Made by a program: the position numbers and the translations under genes. Of a stretch of 64,000 nucleotides of DNA, positions 42,964-54,274 are shown one piece after another. Below the pieces are notes generated by a model. The model ran no database searches. It was not told where the DNA came from and saw only the letters and a list, made by a program, of their open reading frames with translations. Each line of letters starts with the position of its first letter. Positions within the stretch are counted from its first letter, which is position 1. Source of the DNA: an uncultured Verrucomicrobiae bacterium (GTDB lineage Bacteria > Verrucomicrobiota > Verrucomicrobiia > Chthoniobacterales > JAATET01); assembly GCA_963719495.1 (NCBI GenBank), contig CAVRCI010000013.1, forward strand, positions 640,001 to 704,000, given 5' to 3'.

Positions 42964-43320
42964 ATGAAGGTCGGAGAAGCTTCGCAATCGGGCATCGGTG
43001 ATGGTGGTGTCGATGAGTTCATCGCCGATACCGTATCCAGACTCCGGAAGGGTTTGACCCCGGACGCGATTTACTTGTTTGGATCCCATGCACGGGGCGA
43101 TACGACCCCGGACAGTGACGTGGATTTTCTGGTGGTGATTCGCAATTCTTCTCTTCCGCGGCATAGGCGTAGCCAGCTCGCGCGAGCCGTCGCGGCCAAC
43201 ACGTCGTTCTCCAAGGACATCGTGGTCCTCACTCGGGAGGAGTGGGAGCGGGGATTGAGGATTCCGGTTTCCCTGGCCAGCACGGTCCAGCGGGAGGGGC
43301 GACGATTGTATGAACGCTGA
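42964..43320 (+). CDS. MNT nucleotidyltransferase
   Basis: YLFGSHARG...DSDVDFLV. Confidence 0.88.
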   Translation: MKVGEASQSGIGDGGVDEFIADTVSRLRKGLTPDAIYLFGSHARGDTTPDSDVDFLVVIRNSSLPRHRRSQLARAVAANTSFSKDIVVLTREEWERGLRIPVSLASTVQREGRRLYER

Positions 43321-43714
43321 CAAGGCCAGCGAAGTTGCAGCTTGGTTGGCAAAATCCTAACGTGATCTCGAGGCGGCGCGACTGCTTGCGAGCGCCGAGT
43401 CACCAAAGCGGGACGTCGCTGTTTACCATTGTCAGCAAGCGGCCGAGAAAGCAGTGAAGGCGTGGCTGGTGGCCCGGGACATTCCCTTTGCGAAGACGCA
43501 TGATCTTGAGCGGCTTCTAAAGATGGATGGCGAGACTGACGGGTTGGACTCTCTGGCTGAAGCCGCCAGGCTACTGACACCCTATGCGACCGAATTTCGA
43601 TATCCCGGAGATGTCTTCGAACCGGAGCCATCCGAGTGTGATGAGGCTATTGCAATGGCAGCTGGAATTATCGAACAGATAGTCGAAATGGTCGATGGGT
43701 TGAGTGACGAGTGA
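43310..43714 (+). pseudogene. HEPN gene with TAA at 43358
   Basis: YHCQQAAEKAVKA, KTHDL, RYPG; the paralog has CAA at this codon. Confidence 0.85.
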
Positions 43715-43867
43715 CGGAGGTCGGGGGGCGGGGTGTGAAGAGGATAGAGGATAGAGGTAAGAGGGAGGATGGCCTCGCCGGCGCTTGGAATGAAGAGCCG
43801 GGTTGCGGTCCCGTAACCCTGGACACGTGAGTTGGCGGCGGTAGCCCGCGGCCAATTTTATTTGGAC

Positions 43868-43945
43868 ATGAGTGAATCAATAATTTTTGGAGGCGAAGGC
43901 TTCATTGGGAGACATGTCGCCGAGCAATTGCTCGGCGGTGGGACG
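43868..43945 (+). pseudogene. NAD-epimerase 5' stub
   Basis: MSESIIFGGEGFIGRHV, same as the 52895 start. Confidence 0.8.
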
Positions 43946-44976
43946 AGCGTCGAGAGTCGAGAGCATTAGTCCCGTGGTGGCGGGACGAGGCAGACTGCAC
44001 CGGCTCTGCAGAGCAGCCCGCAGGGCAAGACGAGCGGGAGCGAGCGAGTCATGCGGTCGAGGGGTCGGTCATTCATATCGGCACATTTTAAGCCTTCGGT
44101 ATCGGATGACTGGTGAATGATCATTGGCGGCGGGGATGCAGACTTCAGCTTCTTCGTTCCCTTCGTTTTCTTCTGTAAAAATCGCATTGATGTTGTCGCG
44201 GGTTCGCCAAGTTGTGATCGGTCTGGTGGCGCTCAGTTTTCTGAGCGCCATTTTAGATTTTTTTCTGGCTGCCGACTTGGCTCACCGCTTGGGCAGCTTC
44301 GGGACTGATGAGGTTGCCAGCGAAACACGCGAATCGACGCAAATGCGTGACTCGTGAAAACGCGATCAATAAAACCGATGGGGTCAAATACGTGCAGAAA
44401 TCCGAAATCAGCAGCCGGGTTGAGACTCAGCGGACTGAGTCGGTCGGCCCGGCACTGGATTCGGTTGGTCGGTTGCCGGGAATGAGGATCGTTACGGGCG
44501 GCGCGAAGTTTGCTCAGATAAATTGCGTGAGTCCGGACGACTCCCGATCCTAGTATGCGGCCCCGATCTCACGACCGGGGCCATTTTTATTTTGCGAAAC
44601 AATCATTTGACCATTCTCGGGATCCGCTTCGACGTGGGCGGATCGGACCTCGTGGGATTGCTGCGCGCGGGAGGACTCGTCCAAGTGCCCTCGGGCCCTG
44701 GGCTGGCCGACGATTTATCGAACCTTTCCGCTTACCGGGACGCGTTGCTGGGCGCGGACTTCGTGATCCCGGACAGCGGGCTGATGGTCCTCGTCTGGAA
44801 TCGGTTCCTGCGTCGACCGGACCAGCCGAGACTGGAGCGTTACTCGGGGCTGAAACTCCTTCGCGATCTCCTGCCGGAGGCCGACGTGAAGCGGGCGGGG
44901 GCGTCGTTCTGGGTGATGCCGACGAAGGCGGAACAGGACCACAATCTGGCTTGGCTGCGAGGGCGGAGTCACGCGC

Positions 44977-46463
44977 TGTCGGCGACTGTTCAAAAGCGGA
45001 ATTCTCGCCTGTTCAAAAGCGAACAGCGATTTTAGAGGCTGAAGTGGCCTAGAATGGGGGGCCAGACGGTTTTGGGAGGGTGTTCGACGACCCAGAAACG
45101 GCTTCCGGGATGGTGGACGATGGTGACGCTCTTGCGCTGGGTGTTGGAGATCTCGTAGTTGGAGCCATCGAAGTCGATGGTGTGGTCATTGTTCACCCGG
45201 CGGGAGCAGCGGATTGAGAGGTGTAAGTCTAGGAGCGCGGAAGGCGGGATGGGGCGCATGCGCCCGCTGTCGCCAAGCGACTGCGCTTCCCACAGATGGA
45301 GCGGGACCTTGCCGGTGGAGCGATTGACGGTACGGTTCTGCCTGGCAATCTCCATCTGAAGAATTTCGTCGGCCTGGGGCCAAGTTTTGGCGCTGGCATG
45401 GGCGAGTAGTGTGACGAGCCGTCTCTGGAAAGTCCCGAAACGGCGCTCGATCTTACCCTTAGCTTGTGGGGTCGGTGCCACTAAGTGAGCGACGCCGAGT
45501 CCGCGGAGGGCGCGTTGGAATTCACTCTTAGGATCGCAGTGATCGCCGCTGGAACTTGGCCCGAAGAGGCTGAGGCCATCAGTGTAAACGATCTGCGGCA
45601 GGCCCCAGGTCTCGAAGGATTCGCGGAAATGTCCGAAATGGTTCCAAGTGGTATCGGATTCCACGAAGCGACCTGCTAGATTCAGGCCCGAATGGTCGTC
45701 GACGGTGAGCAGTAAAGTCTGTTTAGCGGCGGCGGGCCACCATTGGTGGATCGAACTGTCGTGCTGCCAAAGTTCGCCGATGCGAGCGCGACGGAAGCGC
45801 CGATAAACGCGAGGCTTGCGGGTCGGCGAGGGCACCAGATGGGCGTAGCGCGCTTTGACGTGGGTCTCGACGACCGAGCGCGCCCGAACGAATCCGCAGA
45901 GTCGCTCAAGTTCGTCGGCGACTAACTGGTAATTGGGTGGGTTCTGAAGCGGCAGAAACTCTTGGAGAAAGCGTTCAACTTCGGGCGGCCAGTCGGCGCG
46001 ACGAGCGCCCCCGCTGGCAGCCGGGGCGTAGGAATTACGATTTGCGAGGTAGGCCGTGCGGAGTTCATAGAGCCTGGTTTTGCCGATGCCTAACTGGCTT
46101 GCGGCATTGCTGGCATCGAGAAGTCCTGCATTGAAATCTGCAAGTGTGCGACGGACTAAATCTGGCGGGAGACGGTGGGTAATCTGCTTCTTTTCAATCC
46201 GGGATAATCGACCAGGCGAGCGCGCAAGCCAGCGCGTTCCACAAACGCTTCACCCCAACGGCTGGTATCCTTGGGGCACTGGGGCCGGGGAGCAGGCGCG
46301 CACGCGGGAAGCGCCTCTCCGTCAGCCTCCGCTACGCTCCGGCCTCCTCCGAGGCGCTTCCCGCGTCTCCCAATACAACGCCCCAAAACCCCCAATCCAC
46401 TTTTGAACAGTCTCTCATTCCGCTTTTGAACAGTCTCCGTTCACTTTTGAACAGGCCCCGACA
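44977..46463 (-). mobile_element. IS1202-like (ISNCY) element, 1487 bp, 16-bp TSD
   Basis: TGT...ACA ends, repeated CTGTTCAAAAG subterminal boxes, TSD GGGCGGAGTCACGCGC. Confidence 0.85.
45032..46198 (-). CDS. DDE (rve-type) transposase, apparent ATT start
   Basis: WQHDSS, VDDHS, YTDG, PQAKGKIERRF; frame open to 46198. Confidence 0.75.
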   Translation of the reverse strand: MEKKQITHRLPPDLVRRTLADFNAGLLDASNAASQLGIGKTRLYELRTAYLANRNSYAPAASGGARRADWPPEVERFLQEFLPLQNPPNYQLVADELERLCGFVRARSVVETHVKARYAHLVPSPTRKPRVYRRFRRARIGELWQHDSSIHQWWPAAAKQTLLLTVDDHSGLNLAGRFVESDTTWNHFGHFRESFETWGLPQIVYTDGLSLFGPSSSGDHCDPKSEFQRALRGLGVAHLVAPTPQAKGKIERRFGTFQRRLVTLLAHASAKTWPQADEILQMEIARQNRTVNRSTGKVPLHLWEAQSLGDSGRMRPIPPSALLDLHLSIRCSRRVNNDHTIDFDGSNYEISNTQRKSVTIVHHPGSRFWVVEHPPKTVWPPILGHFSL

Positions 46464-47281
46464 GGGCGGAGTCACGCGCTAACCGACGACGATTGCTACT
46501 TGGCTCCTCATTACCGCGACCGTCTGGGACCGGACGGCGGGGTGACGGATGCGGAGTTGCTGGCGATGATCGAGCGTCGGAGGCCGGCCTACGTGTTCGT
46601 GAATGTCGGGAGCGGGGTGCAGGAACAGCTGGGCTGGTATCTGCGGAAGAACCTGTCTTACAAACCGGCCATTCTTTGCACGGGCGCGGCCATCGCGTTT
46701 CTCACCGGCGGTCAGGCCCCGATCCCGCCGTGGGCGGACCGGTTTTATCTCGGGTGGTTGCTGCGGGTGATGCGGAATCCGGCTCGCTTCGGGTCGCGGT
46801 ATCTGAGCGCGTTCAAGCTAGTGCCGTTGATGCTGAAGTATCGGGAGCGGCTGCCGCCGTTGAGGGGCGCAGCGGAGTTGCGGTGACGAGCTTCGGGAAT
46901 GCAAATACGGTTTTTGAACATAGCACCGGAGCCGCGGGACGGCTCGGGGCAGACTGCGCCGGTTCTGCGGTGCAGCCCGAAGGGTGAGACGAACAGGCGT
47001 GAGCGAATCAACGTCGCAAAGGTCACAAAGGGATACAGGGGTGGCTAGTGACGCGTGGCGCGTTGGATCTGACCCGTCACCGGCTATTCGTAACCCGCAA
47101 CTCATCGCCATTCCTCCGCGTCTCGGCGCGAGATGACTTCCTCTCAACTCTCAACTGGGGCGACCGGGTCCGAGAGCGGTATTTCCAATCACCAACAACT
47201 ACCAACCAATAACTTTGGGGAGGTCGGTGGACCGCTTTTCCTGAGTTTGACATCTGGATCTGGCTGTGGGAATTTCCCACG

Positions 47282-47524
47282 GTGGAAGCTGTGACCAAAT
47301 TAGATTCCAGGAGGCGGGGGGTGTTTCCGGCTCCGTTTCAGCCGGGTGATATTCTGGTGAGGGATGCGCAGGACGCTGAGCGGGTAACATTTCGGCTCAT
47401 CAAGCCGGGGGAAGTGGAGTGTGTGGAGGTGACGACACGCGGAGGAAGGACAATGCTGCCGCCGACGAGGGCCGCTGCGGAGACGATCGCTGCTGCGATT
47501 CGTGCGGAACGCGATGCGAGGTAG
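47282..47524 (+). CDS. Putative AbrB-like antitoxin
   Basis: Small ORF overlapping the PIN gene. Confidence 0.6.
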   Translation: MEAVTKLDSRRRGVFPAPFQPGDILVRDAQDAERVTFRLIKPGEVECVEVTTRGGRTMLPPTRAAAETIAAAIRAERDAR

Positions 47525-47918
47525 TCGACTCTATTGGGATGCCTCGGCGTTGGTGGAAGCCTTGCAGTCGGATGGAGTGAGGGATCGACTGGAGGCAGGT
47601 GGTGGTTGGACGAGGCCGCATTCGCTGGCGGAGGTGTTTTCGACTCTCACCGGTGGCCGACTGGGGTTTCGGTGCCAGCCGGACGATGCGTTCCGAATGA
47701 TTCGCGAATTAACGGTTTCCGTCGAACTGGTCGAACTGGACGGGGAGGACACTCTTGCTGCCTTGTCTCATTGTCAGGAATCGGGCGTGCGTGGTGGACT
47801 GGTGCACGATCTCCTTCACGCGGCTGCCGCAGAAAAAGCGAGCGCTGAACGGATCCTGACGCTGAACAAGCGGGATTTTCTGAGCTTCGGATGCCGACTT
47901 CCGCTTGAATGTCCCTGA
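47514..47918 (+). CDS. PIN domain toxin
   Basis: YWDASALV, HSLAEVF, VHDLLH, TLNKRDF. Confidence 0.85.
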   Translation: MRGSRLYWDASALVEALQSDGVRDRLEAGGGWTRPHSLAEVFSTLTGGRLGFRCQPDDAFRMIRELTVSVELVELDGEDTLAALSHCQESGVRGGLVHDLLHAAAAEKASAERILTLNKRDFLSFGCRLPLECP

Positions 47919-48002
47919 ACGAATGAGGACGAGGCGACGTTGTCGCGTTGGCGTGGAGGGGGTAGCGGGAGTCAATGACGAGTGCGGTGTCTCCTACAAC
48001 TA

Positions 48003-49216
48003 GTATCCTGTAACGACTAAAGCTGCGGATATAACCGTCTCAATTTGACCCGCGCGTCGGCGGTGGTGAAGCGCCACGAAGTGGTGCGGGCGGCTTCGTT
48101 CCGGGCGGCCTCCCAAGCCGCGACTTCCGAGCGCAGCGTTTCAATGTTAGGAATGCGACGATTCAGGCATTGGGACTGAAGGACACTGAACTCGATCTCA
48201 GCGACATTGAGCCAACTGCCATGTTTTGGGGTGTAGTGGATTTCAAGGCGTTCGGCCAATCGGCGAGCTTCTTGGGGAGGGAATGCCTCGTAGAGCGAAG
48301 CGATGTTGTGCGTGTTGGGGTTGTCCATGACCAAGCGCACCTTGGTCGCGTGGGGATAGCGTTCGTCGAGCATGCTGCGAATGAACTGGGCCCATTGGAT
48401 GCGGGTGCGGCGTTCGGTGATTTCCAGATGTCTGCGTCCGCCCAGCGGCTCGACTTCGAGGAAAATTTCGGCCACGCCGTTGCGGACGTATTCGTGGTCT
48501 TCGATCCGCGCCCTGCCGGGAGCGCTGGCGATGGGCGCGTGGACTTCGCCAACGAGTTGCTTGCTCGACTCATCCATACAGACGAGGGGGAAGCGCGCAT
48601 CGTAGGGTGCGTGATAGAGTTCGAGAACGTCCTCCATGCAAGCAACGAAAGCGGCGCTGCCGTCTGGAGGGATCTTCCAATATTTGCTCAGATGAGGGCG
48701 TAATTCGTTTTTTTTAGAGACCGCTGAATGGTCATCGTCGAAACGCTGGGGGCAATCTTGAGTTCCACGACTTTGTCGGCGAGAAGACGGACGGTCCACC
48801 GGGCGCGTCCATCGGGAGGATCGGAGCACGCCAAGGCGGTCACCCTCGCGTCAAAGGCTCCATCGAAGGTAATCCTCGGAGGACCGGTTCTCGGCTTGCG
48901 TCCAAGCGCTGCCTCCAACCCATCCTCCACGAAGCGCTCCTTGATGTGTTCGACGGTGCGAACGCCGATCCCCAGAGCACTGGCGACATCCGCCACCCTC
49001 CACACTGTTCTACCTGGCGCGTGCTCGCCAACGTCGCAAAGTAAAAGCGTTCGAGCATGCACACATCGCTTGGCGTCGGTTTTGGAAGTCCGGCCCAGCG
49101 CGCTCAAATACTCACGTTCGGACTCGGTTAAAGTGATGCGATATCGATTTGCCATCCACCCACATACCGCTCCGATGAGCGCGACTCAATACGCAATATA
49201 GCGCGTTACAGGATAC
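48003..49216 (-). mobile_element. IS630 family element
   Basis: IRs GTATCCTGTAACG, TA duplication, two ORFs joined by an A8 slippery site (48708-48715). Confidence 0.9.
48017..49155 (-). CDS. IS630 transposase (programmed -1 frameshift)
   Basis: HTH ORF 48688-49155 plus DDE ORF (CMDE, VMDN, HYTPKHGSWLN.AE). Confidence 0.85.
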
Positions 49217-49513
49217 TAGTAACCAGTAACAATCAACTGTATCTCAGCCCTCCGCGTCTCAGCGGTTGCTGGCCTGGCCGTTGCTGCGCATCCGTTGCAG
49301 CGGCGGGATAAAAGTATTAATACAGGGACTCGCGCAGAGACGCCGAGGCGCAGAGTGGCGAGTGGCGAGTGGCGAGGGTGTCTCCAAGAACCAACAACTA
49401 TCAACCAATAGCCAGTGGCTGGTGGCTGGTGGCTGGTGGCGTGGGTCTGAAGTCTGAAGTCTGATGTAAGAGGTTCGGAGGCAGTTCGCCCGTCATCCTC
49501 GGCGCGCCAGCCG

Positions 49514-49927
49514 TTACGCTGGGACAAAAATGGTCCGATCCGGCCAGTGCTTGACCAATCGCGCGTCTCGCGTTGCGAGTTTGCACCCGGCTTCCGTCGC
49601 GATTTGAACGAGGTAATTGTCCTGAATCTCTCGATGACGTCCGGCAGAAGTGATGAATTCCTCCTGGGGTGAATTTGACACAATCCACCTGGGTGCGGGT
49701 GCTGAGACGAATCTTTGAAGCATCGTCCACGCTTGAAGTGCGGTCAGTGGAGCCTGATTCATGACATCTGGGTTCATCGAAAGCCGCAGATAAGCGAGTC
49801 GGACTTCCAAACAGGTCGCCAGACCCGATCTCCGATGACCGACGATCCAATGCCGGAACGCGCGATGGTGCGGGTGGGCTTCCGTGATCGCGCCGAAGAC
49901 GATGTTGGCATCGAGCAGGAACTTCAC
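49514..49927 (-). CDS. VapC PIN toxin
   Basis: MKFLLDAN, IQDNYL, LATRD. Confidence 0.85.
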   Translation of the reverse strand: MKFLLDANIVFGAITEAHPHHRAFRHWIVGHRRSGLATCLEVRLAYLRLSMNPDVMNQAPLTALQAWTMLQRFVSAPAPRWIVSNSPQEEFITSAGRHREIQDNYLVQIATEAGCKLATRDARLVKHWPDRTIFVPA

Positions 49928-50178
49928 AAAATTTCGTCGAGTGCTTGATCGATGGAATTTTGGTCGATGAGTTCCTCCGGGCGGGTTCGCCGAACGGTTG
50001 GAAAGTCCGAATCGAGATCCAACGCTCGAGTGCTCGAATCAGATTTGCACCCGAATTTTGCTCGCACGGCTTCTGCGACAAGAAGCGAGAGGGGGGCCCT
50101 CCCGCGCCCGCCTCGACGAGCGGATTCGTGGCGCAAAGTGGCACTCACATCCTGAAGCAAATCCAGGGTCGTCCGCAT
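49924..50178 (-). CDS. VapB-type antitoxin
   Basis: MRTTLDL RHH-like; overlaps PIN gene. Confidence 0.75.
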   Translation of the reverse strand: MRTTLDLLQDVSATLRHESARRGGRGRAPLSLLVAEAVRAKFGCKSDSSTRALDLDSDFPTVRRTRPEELIDQNSIDQALDEIL

Positions 50179-50230
50179 GGTTATGCGTTTATGGTATCGC
50201 GATGGCCATGTCAACGGAACGTTTCGCGGG

Positions 50231-51717
50231 TGTCGGCGACTGTTCAAAAGCGGAATTCTCGCCTGTTCAAAAGCGAACAGCGATTTTAGAGGCTGAAGTG
50301 GCCTAGAATGGGGGGCCAGACGGTTTTGGGAGGGTGTTCGACGACCCAGAAACGGCTTCCGGGATGGTGGACGATGGTGACGCTCTTGCGCTGGGTGTTG
50401 GAGATCTCGTAGTTGGAGCCATCGAAGTCGATGGTGTGGTCATTGTTCACCCGGCGGGAGCAGCGGATTGAGAGGTGTAAGTCTAGGAGCGCGGAAGGCG
50501 GGATGGGGCGCATGCGCCCGCTGTCGCCAAGCGACTGCGCTTCCCACAGATGGAGCGGGACCTTGCCGGTGGAGCGATTGACGGTACGGTTCTGCCTGGC
50601 AATCTCCATCTGAAGAATTTCGTCGGCCTGGGGCCAAGTTTTGGCGCTGGCATGGGCGAGTAGTGTGACGAGCCGTCTCTGGAAAGTCCCGAAACGGCGC
50701 TCGATCTTACCCTTAGCTTGTGGGGTCGGTGCCACTAAGTGAGCGACGCCGAGTCCGCGGAGGGCGCGTTGGAATTCACTCTTAGGATCGCAGTGATCGC
50801 CGCTGGAACTTGGCCCGAAGAGGCTGAGGCCATCAGTGTAAACGATCTGCGGCAGGCCCCAGGTCTCGAAGGATTCGCGGAAATGTCCGAAATGGTTCCA
50901 AGTGGTATCGGATTCCACGAAGCGACCTGCTAGATTCAGGCCCGAATGGTCGTCGACGGTGAGCAGTAAAGTCTGTTTAGCGGCGGCGGGCCACCATTAG
51001 TGGATCGAACTGTCGTGCTGCCAAAGTTCGCCGATGCGAGCGCGACGGAAGCGCCGATAAACGCGAGGCTTGCGGGTCGGCGAGGGCACCAGATGGGCGT
51101 AGCGCGCTTTGACGTGGGTCTCGACGACCGAGCGCGCCCGAACGAATCCGCAGAGTCGCTCAAGTTCGTCGGCGACTAACTGGTAATTGGGTGGGTTCTG
51201 AAGCGGCAGAAACTCTTGGAGAAAGCGTTCAACTTCGGGCGGCCAGTCGGCGCGACGAGCGCCCCCGCTGGCAGCCGGGGCGTAGGAATTACGATTTGCG
51301 AGGTAGGCCGTGCGGAGTTCATAGAGCCTGGTTTTGCCGATGCCTAACTGGCTTGCGGCATTGCTGGCATCGAGAAGTCCTGCATTGAAATCTGCAAGTG
51401 TGCGACGGACTAAATCTGGCGGGAGACGGTGGGTAATCTGCTTCTTTTCAATCCGGGATAATCGACCAGGCGAGCGCGCAAGCCAGCGCGTTCCACAAAC
51501 GCTTCACCCCAACGGCTGGTATCCTTGGGGCACTGGGGCCGGGGAGCAGGCGCGCACGCGGGAAGCGCCTCTCCGTCAGCCTCCGCTACGCTCCGGCCTC
51601 CTCCGAGGCGCTTCCCGCGTCTCCCAATACAACGCCCCAAAACCCCCAATCCACTTTTGAACAGTCTCTCATTCCGCTTTTGAACAGTCTCCGTTCACTT
51701 TTGAACAGGCCCCGACA
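50231..51717 (-). mobile_element. Second IS1202-like copy; transposase (50286-51452) has CAA>TAA at 50997
   Basis: 1487 bp, near-identical to 44977; TSD CGGAACGTTTCGCGGG. Confidence 0.85.
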
Positions 51718-51841
51718 CGGAACGTTTCGCGGGTGGCGGGCTGCGGTGATCCGAGTCATTTGGTTGACCAAGAATGGGGAGTTCGATGGTAATTGCTGAA
51801 TTCAATGAGGGAATCGCGCGGAGGCGCAGAGGGGGGGGGCG

Positions 51842-51925
51842 GAGGTCTGAGGTCTGAGGTCTGAGGTCTGAGGTCTGAGCGACGGCGTTACCAAAAACCA
51901 AAAACCAAAAACCAGGAACCAAGGA
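51842..51925 (+). repeat. 7-mer arrays GAGGTCT x5 and ACCAAAA x3
   Basis: Read directly. Confidence 0.9.
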
Positions 51926-51989
51926 CTGCTATTGGGTAACGAGTGGTTTGTGGCTGGTGGCGAGCAGACTGTGGGAAGAGAGTTTTGGA

Positions 51990-52346
51990 ATGAAGGTCGG
52001 AGAAGCTTCGCAATCGGGCATCGGTGATGGTGGTGTCGATGAGTTCACCGCCGATACCGTATCCAGACTCCGGAAGGGTTTGACCCCTGGCGCGATTTAT
52101 TTGTTTGGATCCCATGCACGGGGCGATACGACCCCGGACTGTGACGCGGATTTTCTGGTGGTGATTCGCAACTCTTCTCTTCCGCGGCATCGGCGTAGCC
52201 AGCTCGCGCGAGCCGTCGCGGCCAACACGTCGTTCTCCAAGGACATCGTGGTCCTCACTCGGGAGGAGTGGGAGCGGGGATTGAGGATTCCGGTTTCCCT
52301 GGCCAGCACGGTCCAGCGGGAGGGGCGACGATTTTATGAACGCTGA
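51990..52346 (+). CDS. MNT, duplicate of 42964
   Basis: Near-identical; DSDVD changed to DCDAD. Confidence 0.8.
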   Translation: MKVGEASQSGIGDGGVDEFTADTVSRLRKGLTPGAIYLFGSHARGDTTPDCDADFLVVIRNSSLPRHRRSQLARAVAANTSFSKDIVVLTREEWERGLRIPVSLASTVQREGRRFYER

Positions 52347-52820
52347 CAAGGCCGGCGAAGTTGCAGCTTGGTTGGCAAAATCCCAACGTGATCTCGAGGC
52401 GGCGCGACTGCTGGCGAGCGCCGAGTCACCAAAGCGGGACGTCGCTGTTTACCATTGTCAGCAATCGGCCGAGCATCGGCGGCAGGGATGGCGCGGGGCA
52501 GACTGCGCCGGCTCTGCGGTGCAGCCCGCAGGGCGACATGAGCGGGAGCGAAGGAGTCAAAAACGGAGCTTGGGATCGCCCGGGACATTCCCTTTGTGAA
52601 GACGCATGATCTTGAGCGGCTTTTGAAGATGGATGGCGAGACTGACGGGTTGGACTTTCTGGCTGAAGCCGCCAGGCTACTGACACCCTGTGCGACCGAA
52701 TTTCGATACCCCGGAGATGCCTTCGAACCGGAGTCATCCGAGTGTGATGAGGCTATTGCAACGGCAGCTGGAATTATCGAACAGGTAGTCGAGATGGTCG
52801 ATGGGTTGAGTGGCAAGTGA
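52336..52820 (+). pseudogene. HEPN duplicate disrupted by a mini-element (52472-52560)
   Basis: Comparison with 43310. Confidence 0.85.
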
Positions 52821-52894
52821 CGGAGGTCGGAAGGCGACGTTGCGACCGGTAGTATCTGCGCAAATCCGCGCTATCTGTGGTGGGTCTGTAGTCA

Positions 52895-53913
52895 ATGAGT
52901 GAATCAATAATTTTTGGCGGCGAAGGCTTCATTGGGAGGCATCTGGCCGAGCGGTTGCTCGGGGAGGTCAAAAGTCCAAGGTCGAAGGTCGATAATGAAT
53001 CGCCGGGGCGATTGGAAGTAGGTTCGGTCGTGTCGGTGGATTTGGCGGAGTCGGATCGGCCGCAGGGCGCGGCTCGTCAATTTGTTCAGCATGACGTCCG
53101 GGAACCCCTTTCGACCCTCGACGCTCGACTCCCACCGCTATCTATAACTTCGCTGCCGTTCATCGGACGCCGGGGCATCCGGAGCGGGAGTATTTCGAGA
53201 CGAACCTGCTTGGCGCGGAGAATGTGTGTGCGTTTGCCCGGCAGAACGAGGTGCGGACGATTGTCTTCACGAGTTCGATTGCGCCCTACGGGGCCTCGGA
53301 GGTGATCAAGACGGAGGACACGCTACCTTCCCCGAACACGGCGTATGGAATCTCGAAGCTGGTGGCGGAGCACATTCACCGGACTTGGCAGGCGGAGCGC
53401 TCGGACGAACGTCGGCTCGTGATCGTACGGCCGGGGGTGGTCTTTGGTGCGGGCGAGGGCGGAAACGTGACGCGACTCGCAGGGGCGATGGCGCGGAAGC
53501 GATTTGTGTATCCGGGACGTAAGGACACGATCAAGGCCTGCATCTACGTGAAGGACCTGGCGCGGCTGCTGATCGAAATGGCAGCCCGACCCGAGCCGGG
53601 CGTGTTTCTCTATAACCTCACGTATGAGCCCGCCCCGACGATCGAGGAGATTTGCGGCGCGATCTCGCGGGTGACCGGTGCGCCGGAACCGAGCCTGGTC
53701 GTGCCGGGCGCGGCTCTGCGAGCGGTCGCCGCGGCTTTGACCCCGCTCCAAGGTCTCTGTGGCGGGTTTCACCCGGATCGCGTGAAGAAGCTGATGATCT
53801 CCAACAATATCTCCGGCAAGCGACTGTTGGAGGATGGGTATGAGCTGCAATTCCGGCTTGAAGAAGCCCTGCGCGATTGGTGGATGGACTGTGGGGAGAA
53901 GGGGCTCGTTTAG
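52895..53913 (+). pseudogene. NAD-dependent epimerase/dehydratase, frameshift near 53110-53140
   Basis: GGEGFIG and FTSS..Y...YGISK are in different frames. Confidence 0.85.
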
Positions 53914-54274
53914 CGGCAATAAGGCGCAAGAAGCTGAATAGGGAATTCGTAATACCAATGCGGAACTCGCGCGGAGGCGCAGAGACGCAGAGGATGATAT
54001 AAATGCGGATGAGGAAGAGCTGAAAACAAAGAACGGATGAAATCCAAGGAAGCTGAATCTTTAAAAAATTCCCTCCGCGTCTCAGCGGTTGCTGGCCTGG
54101 CCGTTGCTGCGCATCCGTTGCAGCTGCGGGATAAAAGTATCAATGCAGGAACTCGCGCAGAGGCGCCGAGTGGGGGGCGGGAGTCGGAAAGCGGAGGCCA
54201 GTGGTTCAGAGGCCAGTGGGTCGGTAGGTGGTTCGGTGGTTCGGTAAACACGGTGGGGTTGCGTCGATCGTGAA

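Larger units (their letters stand above)
44592..46886 (+). pseudogene. WecB/TagA copy interrupted by IS
   Basis: Near-identical to 41853; IS at 44977-46463. Confidence 0.9.

Noticed and set aside
46922..47011. Mini-element as group II intron domain V or a tRNA
   Set aside because: It lacks the domain V stem/bulge geometry and a cloverleaf; no tRNA or rRNA was recognised in the window
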